Assembly (NCBI GenBank): GCA_963422375.2
Contig: OY729428.2
Location: 2,176,001-2,240,000, forward strand
DNA: 64,000 nucleotides
Direction: 5' to 3'
From: Bryobacterales bacterium
GTDB taxonomy: Bacteria; Acidobacteriota; Terriglobia; Bryobacterales; UBA6623
Under the pieces are notes generated by a model. The model had not been told where the DNA came from and ran no database searches. It saw nothing but the letters and a program-made list of their open reading frames with translations. The translations under genes and the position numbers were made by a program. Positions 1-10,054 of the stretch are shown here, piece by piece; position 1 is the stretch's first letter, and every line of letters starts with the position of its first letter.

Positions 1-1
1 C

Positions 2-259
2 CACGTGTCGTACGCGGTCTTCCGGGAGCGCAGCGTGATCTTGGCCCGCGTCGTTTTCGGATCGCTGGCCGTGGTCTGCGTGGTCTACGGCCTGCAATTC
101 CTCCTCATGCTGATCCTGCTGTACTTCATGGGCATCCGGCACCGGCCGACCATGTGCGACTCCCTGCCGCTCGGACCGGCCCGGCGCCGGCTGGCCGCCA
201 TGCTGGCGGGGATGTTCGTAGTGTGCTTCGTCCCGGTTCCGGTCACGCTGAATCCCTAG
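2..259 (+). CDS. Site-2 protease (peptidase M50) family membrane protein, C-terminal part (truncated by window edge)
   Basis: Open frame from base 2: HVSYAVF...hydrophobic helices...HRPT.CD.LPL...RRRLA...FVVCFVPVP. This resembles the C-terminus that follows the LDGGH motif in M50 proteins. Confidence 0.6.
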   Translation, partial: HVSYAVFRERSVILARVVFGSLAVVCVVYGLQFLLMLILLYFMGIRHRPTMCDSLPLGPARRRLAAMLAGMFVVCFVPVPVTLNP

Positions 260-364
260 GGCCCGGTGCGCGCTGTCTCTTGGCGCCAGGCGCACCCGCT
301 CGAGCGGCCCGCTCCGTCAGCGCCGGGCCCGGCAGGATCCGCTCGCGGCCCGATCGCGACGCTT

Positions 365-1342
365 TCAATCGAGCGTCAGCACGGCCTTGCCGCACACCTC
401 GCGATTCGCCAACGCGCGGATGCCCTGCGGCGCGGACTCGAGAGGGAAGGACGCCCCTACGGGCGGGTCGATCCGGCCGTCCTCGAGCAGCTCCATCAGC
501 CGGCGGTGCAGCGACGCCATGAGGCGCGGGTTCTCGTCGCAGTGGCGGCCCCAGAACACGCCGACCAACGACATGTTCTTGAGCAGCGCCCTGTTGGCGG
601 CTAGGGAAGGGATTCGGCCGCTGGTGAAGCCGACGACCAGAATCCGGCCTTCGGGAGCGATGACTTTCGTCGACAGGTCGAACACGTCCCCGCCGACCGG
701 GTCGTAGATCACGTCGGCGCCGAACCGGCCGCAAATCCCCTTCACGGCGTCAACCCAACTCGGATCCCGGTAGCTCAGCACGTGGTCGGCTCCCTGCGCG
801 GCGCAGAAGTCCAGCTTCGCCTGGCTCCCGGCCGTGGCGATCACCCGAGCCCGCATCGCCTTGCCGAGCTGGATGGCGGCCGTGCCCACGCCGCTCGCGC
901 CGGCATGGACCAGCAGCCACTCGCCGGCCCGGAGCCCGGCCCTGTGGTCCAGCGCGAACAGTGAAGTCTGGTAAACGACCGGCATGGCCGCGGCCTGTCC
1001 GAACGGCATCGAATCCGGGATCCGGAAGGCGCGCGAGGCCCTCACCGCGGTGTACTCGGCGAAGCCGCTGCCGCGGGGCAGGGCAGTCACGCGGTCCCCC
1101 TCGGCAAGGTGATCCACGCCGGGGCCGACCTGCGCGATCGTTCCCGCGACCTCCGCCCCGATCGTGAACGGGAAGGCCGGCCTCGCTTGGTACTTGCCCT
1201 GGCATTGGAGCAGGTCGAAGAAGTTGAGGCCGCAGGCGCGGTTGCGGACGAGCACCTCGCCCTCCGAAGCGACGGGCGTGGCTACTTCGGCGAGAGTCAT
1301 CTCCTCGGGCTCGCCGTAGTGGGTGACTTGCCAAGCCTTCAT
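365..1342 (-). CDS. NADPH:quinone oxidoreductase (zeta-crystallin/MDR family)
   Basis: GLNFFD..QCQGKYQ, PFTIGAEVAG, nucleotide-binding HAGASGVG, DPVGG, C-terminal GKAVL. Confidence 0.9.
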   Translation of the reverse strand: MKAWQVTHYGEPEEMTLAEVATPVASEGEVLVRNRACGLNFFDLLQCQGKYQARPAFPFTIGAEVAGTIAQVGPGVDHLAEGDRVTALPRGSGFAEYTAVRASRAFRIPDSMPFGQAAAMPVVYQTSLFALDHRAGLRAGEWLLVHAGASGVGTAAIQLGKAMRARVIATAGSQAKLDFCAAQGADHVLSYRDPSWVDAVKGICGRFGADVIYDPVGGDVFDLSTKVIAPEGRILVVGFTSGRIPSLAANRALLKNMSLVGVFWGRHCDENPRLMASLHRRLMELLEDGRIDPPVGASFPLESAPQGIRALANREVCGKAVLTLD

Positions 1343-1416
1343 CCATAGCAGGGTACCAGCCTGCCGGGGCAGCTCCCCGGAAGCGCTCGGGTCGGCGCGC
1401 CGGGCCGTCGTCGGCG

Positions 1417-2037
1417 CTACTTGCTCGTGATGATCTCGTCGATCAGGCCATACTCCTTGGCCTGGCTCGACTCCAGGATGAAGTCGCGCTCGACGTCGCC
1501 CTCGATCCTGCTGACCGCCTGGCCGGTGTGGGCGGCGAGCAGGGTGTTCAGATTGCGGCGCAGGCGCAGGATTTCGCGGGCGTGGATGTCGATGTCCGTG
1601 GCCTGGCCGGCGAGGCCTGACATGGACGGCTGGTGCAGCAGGAACCGGGAATTCGGCAGAGCGTAGCGCTTGCCCTTGGCTCCGGCCGCCATGAGCACGG
1701 CCGCCATGGAAGCCGCCTGGCCGATGCAGACGGTCGTAATGTCAGGCTTGACGAACTGCATCGTGTCGTAGATCGCCATCCCGGCGGTGATCGAACCCCC
1801 CGGCGAGTTGATGTAGAGCCAGATGTCGCGCTCGGGATTCTCGGCTTCGAGGAACAGCAGCTGCGCCGTGATCAGGTTCGCGATGGTGTCGTCGATCGGA
1901 TACCCGACGAATATGATGTTGTCGCGCAGCAGGCGCGAGTAGATGTCGTAGGCCCGCTCGCCGCGACTTGTCTGCTCCACGACCATCGGCACGAGGCTGG
2001 CCCGCTGCGAAACTGCGTGCGACATCTTGAATCTCAC
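1417..2037 (-). CDS. clpP: ATP-dependent Clp protease proteolytic subunit
   Basis: [31 protein letters not shown]; catalytic Ser (GQAASMAA), His (LLHQP) and Asp (ERDF) present. Confidence 0.97.
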   Translation of the reverse strand: MRFKMSHAVSQRASLVPMVVEQTSRGERAYDIYSRLLRDNIIFVGYPIDDTIANLITAQLLFLEAENPERDIWLYINSPGGSITAGMAIYDTMQFVKPDITTVCIGQAASMAAVLMAAGAKGKRYALPNSRFLLHQPSMSGLAGQATDIDIHAREILRLRRNLNTLLAAHTGQAVSRIEGDVERDFILESSQAKEYGLIDEIITSK

Positions 2038-3359
2038 TCCCCGCTGCCGGCATCCGGATTCAGCTCCCGGCCCTCCTCCGGTTCGTCGTCGGAAGCCGCA
2101 TCGAGGTACTCCGCCTCGTCCAGCACGAAGCGAAGTGCCTTCTCGAGGATTCTATGCAACTTGAACTGCTCTAAGAGACCGATATCGCGCGCCTCCACAG
2201 CGGCGCGCTCGGGCGTCATCTGCTGCTCCTGGCCATAGGCTCGCACGAACTGGTCGATCTCCTCGGCGGGCACGGAAATCCCCTCCAGCAGCGCGATGCG
2301 CATCAGGACCAACTCGGCGCGTGTCCGAACCGACTCGCGCTGGATGTACCGATTCTCGAGGTCGTCGGGTATGGGGGCATCTTTGGGCAGGCCCGCTTCC
2401 CGCCGAACCGCCGACCAAGCTTGGTCGACGCGGTCCCGCAGGAAGTGCACGGGCAGGGGCATTGTGTTCGCGCGGGCGAGCAAGCTGTAAACTTGGTTGC
2501 CCAGCAGGCGTTCGACCTGTTCACGCGCCCCGACTTCTACTTCCTTGCGGACGGCCTCCCGCAGTTCCTCCAGCGTGTCGGTGCCGCTGTCGATGTCCTT
2601 CGCCAGTTCGTCGTCAAGGTCGGGCAGCTCGCGCACCTGGAGCGCTGTCACGCGTCCCTCGACCCGCAGCGTCTTGCCGGCCATCTTGCGGTCGCGATGC
2701 CCGGCGGGGAAGGCTACCTCGAATTCCAGCGCGTCGCCGGGCACCGAGCCGCGGAGCGCCTCGGAGAATTCCGGTATGGTCGTCGAGTGGCCGACTCGGA
2801 CCTGCTCCTCCTCCAAGTCAAATGCCTGCTCGCCTGAGAGATCCTGCCCCTTCAGGGACACGAGCGCAATGTCACCGTCCGCAATGGGCCGGGGGTCCAA
2901 GTTCTGGTAGGTCGCGTGCTGCTCGCGGAGCTCCTCCAGCCGGTTCGCGACCATCTCGTCCGTCGCCTCGACCTGCGGGCGCAAGAGCTCGAGACCCCGG
3001 TACTCGCCGATCTCGAATTTCGGGAACACCTCGAACACCCCGGCCGCCTCTAGCGGCTGGCCCTCGCGGTACTTCACGTCCGTGACGACCGGGCCGTAGG
3101 CCACGTGGATGTCACGGTGCGCCGCGGCCTCGCTCAGGCAACGGGGAATAAGTCCGTCCTTGAGTGCCTCGACTAGCTCCCTCTCGAAGCGCCGCACCAG
3201 GACCGACGCCGGCACGCGGCCCCGGCGAAACCCTTGCACGACTGCTTCCTTGCCGGCCACCGCGACGAAGCGCGACCGCACCTTCTTGACCGAGGACCAC
3301 GGAATCTCGATATGCTCCTCGTGAACGCACTCCGGGGGATTGTCGGCAAGCAAGTCCAT
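2034..3359 (-). CDS. tig: Trigger factor
   Basis: Ribosome-binding signature [17 protein letters not shown]-like middle domain, [10 protein letters not shown]; directly upstream of and overlapping clpP. Confidence 0.9.
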   Translation of the reverse strand: MDLLADNPPECVHEEHIEIPWSSVKKVRSRFVAVAGKEAVVQGFRRGRVPASVLVRRFERELVEALKDGLIPRCLSEAAAHRDIHVAYGPVVTDVKYREGQPLEAAGVFEVFPKFEIGEYRGLELLRPQVEATDEMVANRLEELREQHATYQNLDPRPIADGDIALVSLKGQDLSGEQAFDLEEEQVRVGHSTTIPEFSEALRGSVPGDALEFEVAFPAGHRDRKMAGKTLRVEGRVTALQVRELPDLDDELAKDIDSGTDTLEELREAVRKEVEVGAREQVERLLGNQVYSLLARANTMPLPVHFLRDRVDQAWSAVRREAGLPKDAPIPDDLENRYIQRESVRTRAELVLMRIALLEGISVPAEEIDQFVRAYGQEQQMTPERAAVEARDIGLLEQFKLHRILEKALRFVLDEAEYLDAASDDEPEEGRELNPDAGSGE

Positions 3360-3454
3360 TTATCCGCACGCGCCCGGATCGCCAACCCGGTACCAGATTC
3401 CGAGTTTATCGCAATTCCCGCGCCCAGTCCGGGCGAGGCAGTAGACTCGTGCCT

Positions 3455-4240
3455 ATGCCCGCCCGTCCCAAGCTGGGCCAGCACTTCCTGTCGGATGCCG
3501 CCGTCCTCGCGCGGATCGCCCGGGCGGCCGCGGCGGCGGGCGACACCGTCGTCGAGATCGGCCCCGGTCGCGGAGCGCTCACGCGGCGGCTGCTCGGCAG
3601 CGCCCGGAAGGTGGTCGCGGTCGAGATCGACCCGGCGCTCGCCACCGACCTGCCGCGCGCGTGCGGCTTCCCGCCCAATCTAGAGGTTGTCGAGGCGGAC
3701 GTGCTGCAGGTAGAGATCGACAGTCTAGTAGGAAATGTCATTTCGAATCAGTGTGTTATCACTGGAAATCTTCCGTACTACATTACTTCGCCGATTCTCC
3801 GCTGGACCTTCGGGTCGAAGCGCTCGCTCCGGTCCGCGACGTACCTCATGCAGGAAGAGGTGGCGGAGCGCGCGGTGGCCCAGCCGGGCCGGAGGCCGTT
3901 CGGGTACCTGAGCTGCCTCTGCAGGCTGCACAGCGAACCGTCGAGGCTGTTGACCGTGCAGCCCGGCGCGTTTTCCCCCCCGCCTAGGGTGCGCTCGGCT
4001 CTGGTGCGGTTCGAGATGCGCTCCGAGTCGCCCCCGGCCGGGCTGCCGGCCTTTCTGGCGGCGTGCTTTCGGAGCCCTCGCAAGACGCTCAGGAACAACC
4101 TCGCCGCCATCTACCCGCCGGGCTTGCTCGAGGCGGACCCCTGCGCGGGGCTCCGGGCGCAGCAGCTGGACGTCGAGCAGCTCGCCGCGCTTTGGGCGCG
4201 CCTCGAACGGGCGCGGACGCCCCCCGCGCAGCGCGCCTAG
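3455..4240 (+). CDS. rsmA: 16S rRNA adenine dimethyltransferase RsmA/KsgA
   Basis: KLGQHFL, VVEIGPGRGALT, VEID, GNLPYYITS, AFSPPPRVRS. Start placed at ATG 3455; GTG 3449 is the alternative. Confidence 0.95.
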   Translation: MPARPKLGQHFLSDAAVLARIARAAAAAGDTVVEIGPGRGALTRRLLGSARKVVAVEIDPALATDLPRACGFPPNLEVVEADVLQVEIDSLVGNVISNQCVITGNLPYYITSPILRWTFGSKRSLRSATYLMQEEVAERAVAQPGRRPFGYLSCLCRLHSEPSRLLTVQPGAFSPPPRVRSALVRFEMRSESPPAGLPAFLAACFRSPRKTLRNNLAAIYPPGLLEADPCAGLRAQQLDVEQLAALWARLERARTPPAQRA

Positions 4241-4353
4241 CAGGCAAGGCGACCGACCGGACGAGCCGGGGGCGCGCCGCCCGCGTGCGCGCGTCTCGCC
4301 GAGGGCTGACACCGGGCCGACGATGTGCTTGAATGAGTCTGCGGGAGGACGCC

Positions 4354-5142
4354 ATGCGCGAGGGCTTGCTAGTGATCGCGGCGCTGTTAGGCGGGGCGGC
4401 GGGCCTCGCCCCCCTGCGCGCCCAGCTCGTGGACCGGACCAAGGACCGTCTCGCCCCGGACCCGGCCGCGCATGAGCTGAGCTTGGAGAGGCGCGCTGAC
4501 ATCTACATGGCGCGGAAGATGTACCGCGAGGCGGGCGACGCCTACACCGAGGCCATTCGCTACGAGCCCGACTCCGCCAAGCTCATCAACAAGCTCGGAA
4601 TCTCGTTTCACCAGCGCATGCTCCTCGGCCACGCCCGCAGGGAGTACGAGAGGGCCTGGCGGCTCGACAGGAGCTACAGCCAAGCGCTGAACAATCTCGG
4701 AACGGTGCATCACGCTCAAGGCAACTACCGAAGGGCCACCCGGACCTACAAGCGGGCCCTGCAGGTCGCTCCGAACTCGGCATCCATCTACAGCAACTTA
4801 GGCACGTCGTTTTTCGCGCGACGCAGATACAAGGACGCCGCGCGGGCCTATTCGCAGGCCCTCGAGCTCGACCCGGAGGTCTTCGAGACCCGCGGGAACT
4901 TCGGGACGCTCCTGCAGGAGCGCTCCGTAGCCGAGCGCGGCAGGTACTACTACTTCATGGCCCGGGCCTACGCGGGCGTGGAACTCTGGGACCGGGTGAT
5001 CCTGTACCTCCGCAAGGCACTGGAGGAGGGATTCGGCAGCCCCAGGAAGATCGCCAACGACCCGGCCTTCGAGGCGATGCACGAGTTGGGGGGCTTCCGT
5101 CGTCTGGCCTTCGGGGAAACAGTCGCCGCGGCCGCGCCCTGA
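4354..5142 (+). CDS. Secreted tetratricopeptide repeat protein
   Basis: GGAGG Shine-Dalgarno before ATG 4354; signal-peptide-like N-terminus; several TPR units (ALNNLG..H, IYSNLG..F, A..AY..AL..DP). Confidence 0.8.
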   Translation: MREGLLVIAALLGGAAGLAPLRAQLVDRTKDRLAPDPAAHELSLERRADIYMARKMYREAGDAYTEAIRYEPDSAKLINKLGISFHQRMLLGHARREYERAWRLDRSYSQALNNLGTVHHAQGNYRRATRTYKRALQVAPNSASIYSNLGTSFFARRRYKDAARAYSQALELDPEVFETRGNFGTLLQERSVAERGRYYYFMARAYAGVELWDRVILYLRKALEEGFGSPRKIANDPAFEAMHELGGFRRLAFGETVAAAAP

Positions 5143-5191
5143 AACCGGGGCCGGACTGTCCGTCCGGGCGGCCAGGCCGCCCGCGAGCCGT

Positions 5192-5220
5192 TTGACATGC
5201 ACGACCGCGTTTGGTGCAAT
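5192..5220 (+). promoter_or_regulatory. Candidate sigma70 promoter for the kamA-like operon
   Basis: TTGACA (5192-5197), 17-nt spacer, TG extension, then TGCAAT (5215-5220). The -10 lacks the conserved A at position 2. Confidence 0.35.
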
Positions 5221-5315
5221 GTGAACTTCCTAGTGCCTCCGTCGCCGCCCGCCGGCTCTAGTGCCGTCCGGCCTCGAATTGCCGCGCCAGGCGCGTTGAT
5301 TGCGAGTGAAGCCGA

Positions 5316-6455
5316 ATGCCGAAGCCGAAATACATCACGTCCGTCGAAAAGGTCGCAGGCCTGACACACCAAGAGAAGGAGGTAGGTGCCAAGGTCAGCG
5401 AGAAGTTCGTGTTCCGCACGAACAGCTACTACCAGAGCCTAATTGACTGGAGCGACCCGGACGATCCGATCCGGCGCCTCGTCATACCGGACGCGAGCGA
5501 ACTCGGCGAATGGGGACGGCTTGACGCCTCCTTCGAGGAGCTCTACACCAAGGTTCCCGGCTTGGAGCACAAGTACACCGACACCGCGCTGCTGCTCTGC
5601 AACGACGTATGCGGCGCCTACTGCCGGTTCTGCTTCCGGAAACGGCTCTTCATGGACGACAACGACGAGGTCGTGCGCGACGTATCAGCTGGCATCGCCT
5701 ACATCCGGGAGCACCAAGAGATCACCAACGTGCTGCTCACCGGGGGCGACCCTCTGATCATGTCCACGTCGAAGCTGGAGCCGATCATCGCCCAGCTGCG
5801 TGCGATCCCGCACGTGAAGATCATCCGGCTCGGCAGCAAGATGCCCGCATTCAATCCGTTCCGAATCATCGAGGATCCCAAGCTCCACGCGATGTTCGAG
5901 CGCTACTCGACGCCCGAGGCGGGGCGGATCTACGTGATGTGCCACTTCAACCATCCGGTCGAACTGACCCCGGTCGCGAGGGAGGGCCTGCAATGCCTGC
6001 AGGACCATTCGGTCATTACGATCAACCAGACGCCCATGATCCATGGAGTCAACGACGATCCGTCGGTGCTGAGCGAGCTCATGAACGAGCTGTCCTACCT
6101 CGGCGTGCCGCCCTACTACGTGTTCCAGTGCCGGCCGACGGAAGGCAACGAGACCTACTCCGTGCCGATCGAGCGGGCGTACGGCATATTCGCGGACGCC
6201 GTCTCCAGAATGTCGGGGCTGGCCAAGCGGGCGCGCTTCTCGATGTCGCACGTGACCGGCAAGATCGAGGTGCTCGGGCTGACCGAGGACCGGATCCTGT
6301 TCAAGTACCACCGCGCGGCGAACCCGCGGCATGTCGGCCGGATCATGATCTTCCGGCGCAACCCAGAGGCGCACTGGTTCGACGACTACATCGAGTCGCG
6401 GGAATTCCTTCCCAGCAGGCTGATCAAGCCCGAGTCGCTCCTCGTTTCCCAGTAG
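5316..6455 (+). CDS. KamA family radical SAM protein (lysine 2,3-aminomutase-like; substrate unknown)
   Basis: DPDDPIRR, GLEHKY, CxxxCxxC (CGAYCRFCFRK), LLTGGDPL, HFNHP.E, PYYVFQC, putative PLP lysine in TGKIEV. Confidence 0.88.
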   Translation: MPKPKYITSVEKVAGLTHQEKEVGAKVSEKFVFRTNSYYQSLIDWSDPDDPIRRLVIPDASELGEWGRLDASFEELYTKVPGLEHKYTDTALLLCNDVCGAYCRFCFRKRLFMDDNDEVVRDVSAGIAYIREHQEITNVLLTGGDPLIMSTSKLEPIIAQLRAIPHVKIIRLGSKMPAFNPFRIIEDPKLHAMFERYSTPEAGRIYVMCHFNHPVELTPVAREGLQCLQDHSVITINQTPMIHGVNDDPSVLSELMNELSYLGVPPYYVFQCRPTEGNETYSVPIERAYGIFADAVSRMSGLAKRARFSMSHVTGKIEVLGLTEDRILFKYHRAANPRHVGRIMIFRRNPEAHWFDDYIESREFLPSRLIKPESLLVSQ

Positions 6456-6470
6456 GCCGCTCCGGCTGGC

Positions 6471-6617
6471 ATGGATCCCGCTCAGCGCGAAGACCGATCC
6501 GCGACCGGCGGGCCGTCGCGGCGGTGGAGGCTCGCCTACGTCGCGGTCCTAGCGCATCTCGCGCTGTGGATCGCGATCCTGTGGTTGTTCTCGCGATCGC
6601 TGGGTAGCGTTCCGTGA
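6471..6617 (+). CDS. Small single-pass membrane protein (48 aa), probable SSS transporter accessory subunit
   Basis: Not in ORF track. Manual translation MDPAQREDRSATGGPSRRWRLAYVAVLAHLALWIAILWLFSRSLGSVP; its stop overlaps the SSS start (GTGA). Confidence 0.65.
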   Translation: MDPAQREDRSATGGPSRRWRLAYVAVLAHLALWIAILWLFSRSLGSVP

Positions 6618-8332
6618 GCTGGCTGGACTGGCTCGTTCTCCTGGCGTCGTTCGCGACCGTAGTGGCGTACAGCCTGCGCCGGTCGAGGGGCCCTTGGTCC
6701 CTGCATTCCTACGTTTCGGCCGGGCGCCAGATGCGCTGGTGGGTGATCGGCCTGTCGATCATGGCCACGCAGGCCAGCGCGATCACCTTCATCGGAACCA
6801 CCAGCCAGGGCTACGTGGACGGCTTGCGGTTCGTGCAGTTCTACTTCGGCCTGCCGGTCGCCATGGTGCTGATCGCGGCCGTCGCGGCGCCGGCCTTCCA
6901 CCGGTCCGGCGTGCGGACCGCCTACGAATACCTCGAGGAGCGCTTCGACGCGAAAACGAGGACTCTGGCAAGCTGGGTGTTCCTCGTTCAGAGGGGCCTT
7001 GGCGTGGGCCTAGCCCTTTACGCCCCCGCCGTGGTCCTGTCGGTCATCCTGCAGGTGCCCGAGTGGCCCACCATCGTGGCGACCGTGGGCCTGGTGGCGG
7101 GATACACGGTGCTCGGCGGCATCCGGGCGGTGATGTGGGCGGACGCCCTGCAGATGGGCATCATGTTCGCGGGAGTCGCGATCGCCTTCTGCTGCGCCGC
7201 GCTCGGGCTGCCCGACGGAGTCTCGGTAAGGGACGCCCTGTACCTCGCGGGGACGACCGGCAAGCTCAACGCGATCGAGACGGATCTCGACTGGAACAGC
7301 CGCTACACGCTGTGGTCGGGCCTTGTCGGCGGGGCCTTCCTAGCGCTGGCGTACTTCGGCACGGACCAGTCCCAGGTGCAGCGGTTCCTGACGGCTAAGT
7401 CATTGCGCCACAGCAAGATCAGCCTGCTATTCAACGCCACGGTCAAGGTTCCCCTGCAGTTCTGCATCCTGCTGACCGGCGTGTTGGTGTTCGGCTTCTT
7501 CCTGTTCGAGCCGCCGCCGCTGCTATTCCACCCGGCGGAGCGCGAGCGCCTGGAGCGGAACGAGCCGGCCGAGATGGCCCGTCTCCAGAACAGCTACTCG
7601 CAGGCGCTCGGCGCTCGGCGAAGCGCGGCCGAACGGCTTCTGGAGACCCGCGGCGGGCCGGAGCGGGAGGCGTACCTCGCGTCCGAGCGCCGCGTCGGCG
7701 AGGCGAGACTGGAGGCCGTCGCCCTGGCCGAGAGGGGATCCGGGCCCGGAAGCTACAGCGACGTCAACTACATCTTCCTCACCTTCGTGCTCGGCTACCT
7801 GCCTCCCGGGCTGATTGGGCTGATCATCGCCGGCGTGTTCTCTGCGGCGATGTCCACGGTCTCGTCCGAGCTCAACTCGCTCGCCACGTCCACCGTCGTC
7901 GACCATTACCTGCGCTATGTCCGGCCGGGAGCGGGCGAGCGGGGCACCCGGCGGGCGCTGTACTGGGCGACGCTCGGATGGGCGGCCTACGCGGCCGTCT
8001 TCGCCTCCTTCGGCGGTCGGATGGGCTCGCTGATCGAGGCGGTGAACTTCGTCGGCTCGCTCTTCTACGGTCCGATGCTGGGGGTGTTCGTGCTCGCGTT
8101 CCTGTTCCGGCGGGCCTCGGCCGACGGCGCGTTCTGGGGAATGGCGTTCGGCCTGCTGGCCGTATGGGGAGCGAAGATCGCCCTGCCGGGGATGGCCTTC
8201 CTGTGGCTCAATCCCCTAGGCTGCGCGGCGACGGTGCTTGCGGCCCTGGCCATCTCGCCCGCAGCCGGCGCCGGCACGCCGGGTCGAGCCACGGCCGGGC
8301 AGGGACCTCCCCGTACAATGGGCACGCCATGA
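6614..8332 (+). CDS. Sodium:solute symporter (SSS/SLC5) family transporter
   Basis: GLSIMATQASAITF, TAYEYLEERFD, YTVLGGIRAVMWAD, FGTDQSQVQRFL, SAAMSTVSSELNSLAT; many TM helices. Confidence 0.92.
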   Translation: MSWLDWLVLLASFATVVAYSLRRSRGPWSLHSYVSAGRQMRWWVIGLSIMATQASAITFIGTTSQGYVDGLRFVQFYFGLPVAMVLIAAVAAPAFHRSGVRTAYEYLEERFDAKTRTLASWVFLVQRGLGVGLALYAPAVVLSVILQVPEWPTIVATVGLVAGYTVLGGIRAVMWADALQMGIMFAGVAIAFCCAALGLPDGVSVRDALYLAGTTGKLNAIETDLDWNSRYTLWSGLVGGAFLALAYFGTDQSQVQRFLTAKSLRHSKISLLFNATVKVPLQFCILLTGVLVFGFFLFEPPPLLFHPAERERLERNEPAEMARLQNSYSQALGARRSAAERLLETRGGPEREAYLASERRVGEARLEAVALAERGSGPGSYSDVNYIFLTFVLGYLPPGLIGLIIAGVFSAAMSTVSSELNSLATSTVVDHYLRYVRPGAGERGTRRALYWATLGWAAYAAVFASFGGRMGSLIEAVNFVGSLFYGPMLGVFVLAFLFRRASADGAFWGMAFGLLAVWGAKIALPGMAFLWLNPLGCAATVLAALAISPAAGAGTPGRATAGQGPPRTMGTP

Positions 8333-9753
8333 GACTCGCAGCCGCTGCGCTCGCCTTGGGGCTGGCCCCCGCCTGGCTCCCCGCGGCACCCCCGAACATC
8401 CTCTTCATCGCGGTAGACGATCTCAACGACTGGATCGAGCCGCTGGACGGGCATCCCCAAGCCAAGACCCCCAATCTCGCCCGTCTGGCGAGGCGCTCGA
8501 CGCTCTTCACGCGGGCCTACACGGCTGCCCCCGCCTGCAACCCGTCGCGGGCCGCCCTCATGACGGGCATCGCGCCCTACAAGTCGGGCGTCTACAACAA
8601 CCGCCAGGCATGGCGCCCGGCGATGCGGGAGGCCGTGACGCTCCCGCAAGCGTTCAGGCGGCAAGGGTACTGGGCTGGCGGATCGGGCAAGATCTACCAC
8701 GGCGTCTATCCGGATCCGCCCTCGTGGGACGAATACTGGCCGTCGAAGACGGAGCAGCGGCACGCGGATCCGCTTCCGGAGCGGCGTCCCGCCAACCTTA
8801 TCGAGGGTACCGGCAACTTCGACTGGGGGGCGCTCGAGGTCGGCACCGCGCAGATGTCCGACGCCAAGGTGGCGGAGTGGGTCTCGTCCAAGCTGCGGGA
8901 ACGGCACGACAGGCCGTTCTTCCTCGCCTGCGGTTTCTTCCGCCCGCACCTCCCTTGGTACGTGCCGGCAAACTACCTTGACCGGTTCCCTGCGGAAGCG
9001 GTGGAACTGCCCCGCGTGTTCGGAGGAGACTTGGCGGACGTGCCCGCGGCCGGCGTCAGTATGGCGCGCCCGGAGCGCGACCACGCCCAAGTGACCGAGC
9101 ACGGCCAGTGGAAGCAGGCCGTCCGATCGTATCTCGCCTCGGTCAACTTCGCCGACGACATGCTGGGCACGGTGCTGGATGCCTTGGATGAGAGCGGTCA
9201 CGCCGACAGCACGGTGATCGTGCTTTGGGGCGACCACGGCTGGCATCTCGGCGAGAAGCATCACTGGCGCAAGTTCGCCCTGTGGGAAGAGGCGACGCGG
9301 GTCCCGCTGCTCATCTCGGCGCCGCCGGGCACGCCGGGCCTGCCGGGAGGCACGCGCCCCGGCTCGGTCTCGCCGCGGCCGGTCAACCTGCTGGACGTCT
9401 ACCCGACGCTGGTCGAGCTGGCCGGACTGGAAGCTCCGGAAGGTCTCGACGGGCGGAGCCTGGTCCCCCTGCTGCGGAATCCGGACATGCCGTGGCAGCC
9501 CACGGTCACGACCCACGGCCGCCTCAACCACGCCGTCCGCTCCGAGGAATTCCGGTACATTCGCTACGCCGACGGCACGGAGGAGCTGTACGACCACCGC
9601 GTGGACGCGATGGAGTGGACGAACCTCGCCTCGGACGAGAACTACCGGATGGTGAAGAAGGAACTCTCGCGCTGGCTGCCCTCGACGAACGTCCCCGAGG
9701 CCCCAGTCCAGCCGGCCGACAGGCGCACGAACGAAGTCGCCGTGCCCGAATGA
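8329..9753 (+). CDS. Sulfatase (Cys-type, iduronate/choline-sulfatase-like), secreted
   Basis: Signal peptide MRLAAAALALG..., PNILFIAVDDL, CNPSRAALMTG (CxPxR), GKIYH, WGDHGWHLGEK; ATGA overlap with the SSS stop. Confidence 0.92.
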   Translation: MRLAAAALALGLAPAWLPAAPPNILFIAVDDLNDWIEPLDGHPQAKTPNLARLARRSTLFTRAYTAAPACNPSRAALMTGIAPYKSGVYNNRQAWRPAMREAVTLPQAFRRQGYWAGGSGKIYHGVYPDPPSWDEYWPSKTEQRHADPLPERRPANLIEGTGNFDWGALEVGTAQMSDAKVAEWVSSKLRERHDRPFFLACGFFRPHLPWYVPANYLDRFPAEAVELPRVFGGDLADVPAAGVSMARPERDHAQVTEHGQWKQAVRSYLASVNFADDMLGTVLDALDESGHADSTVIVLWGDHGWHLGEKHHWRKFALWEEATRVPLLISAPPGTPGLPGGTRPGSVSPRPVNLLDVYPTLVELAGLEAPEGLDGRSLVPLLRNPDMPWQPTVTTHGRLNHAVRSEEFRYIRYADGTEELYDHRVDAMEWTNLASDENYRMVKKELSRWLPSTNVPEAPVQPADRRTNEVAVPE

Positions 9754-10054
9754 GCGCCCGGGGAGGCCCCGCGAGCGGGCGCCCGAGCCGACGGAGGGCA
9801 CGGTCGCGCACCGGCCTTGCATCTCCGGCCGGGCTGGATTCTTGACCCGCCCGGGCAGCTTCCGGTCGCCCCGGCCGGAACGCCCGTGGGGTCCGGAAGG
9901 GGCGGTGATCATTCTCGCGCGCGACCCCGACACGGTGCGCCGGGACGGCACCGCCGCCCGACCCGGCCGTCGCAGCCGGGGAAGGCAAGTCTCGCGGGAT
10001 TCGGCGATCAATCGCCCCGGGTGACCGGCAGGGAACGAAATATCCTGAGCCCCG

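Noticed and set aside
3360..3368. DnaA-box-like TTATCCGCA
   Set aside because: Single mismatched copy with no cluster or unwinding element; not evidence of oriC
9885..9910. SRP RNA-like GTCCGGAAGG
   Set aside because: Lacks the flanking CAGG and AGCAG symmetric-loop residues and the long stem
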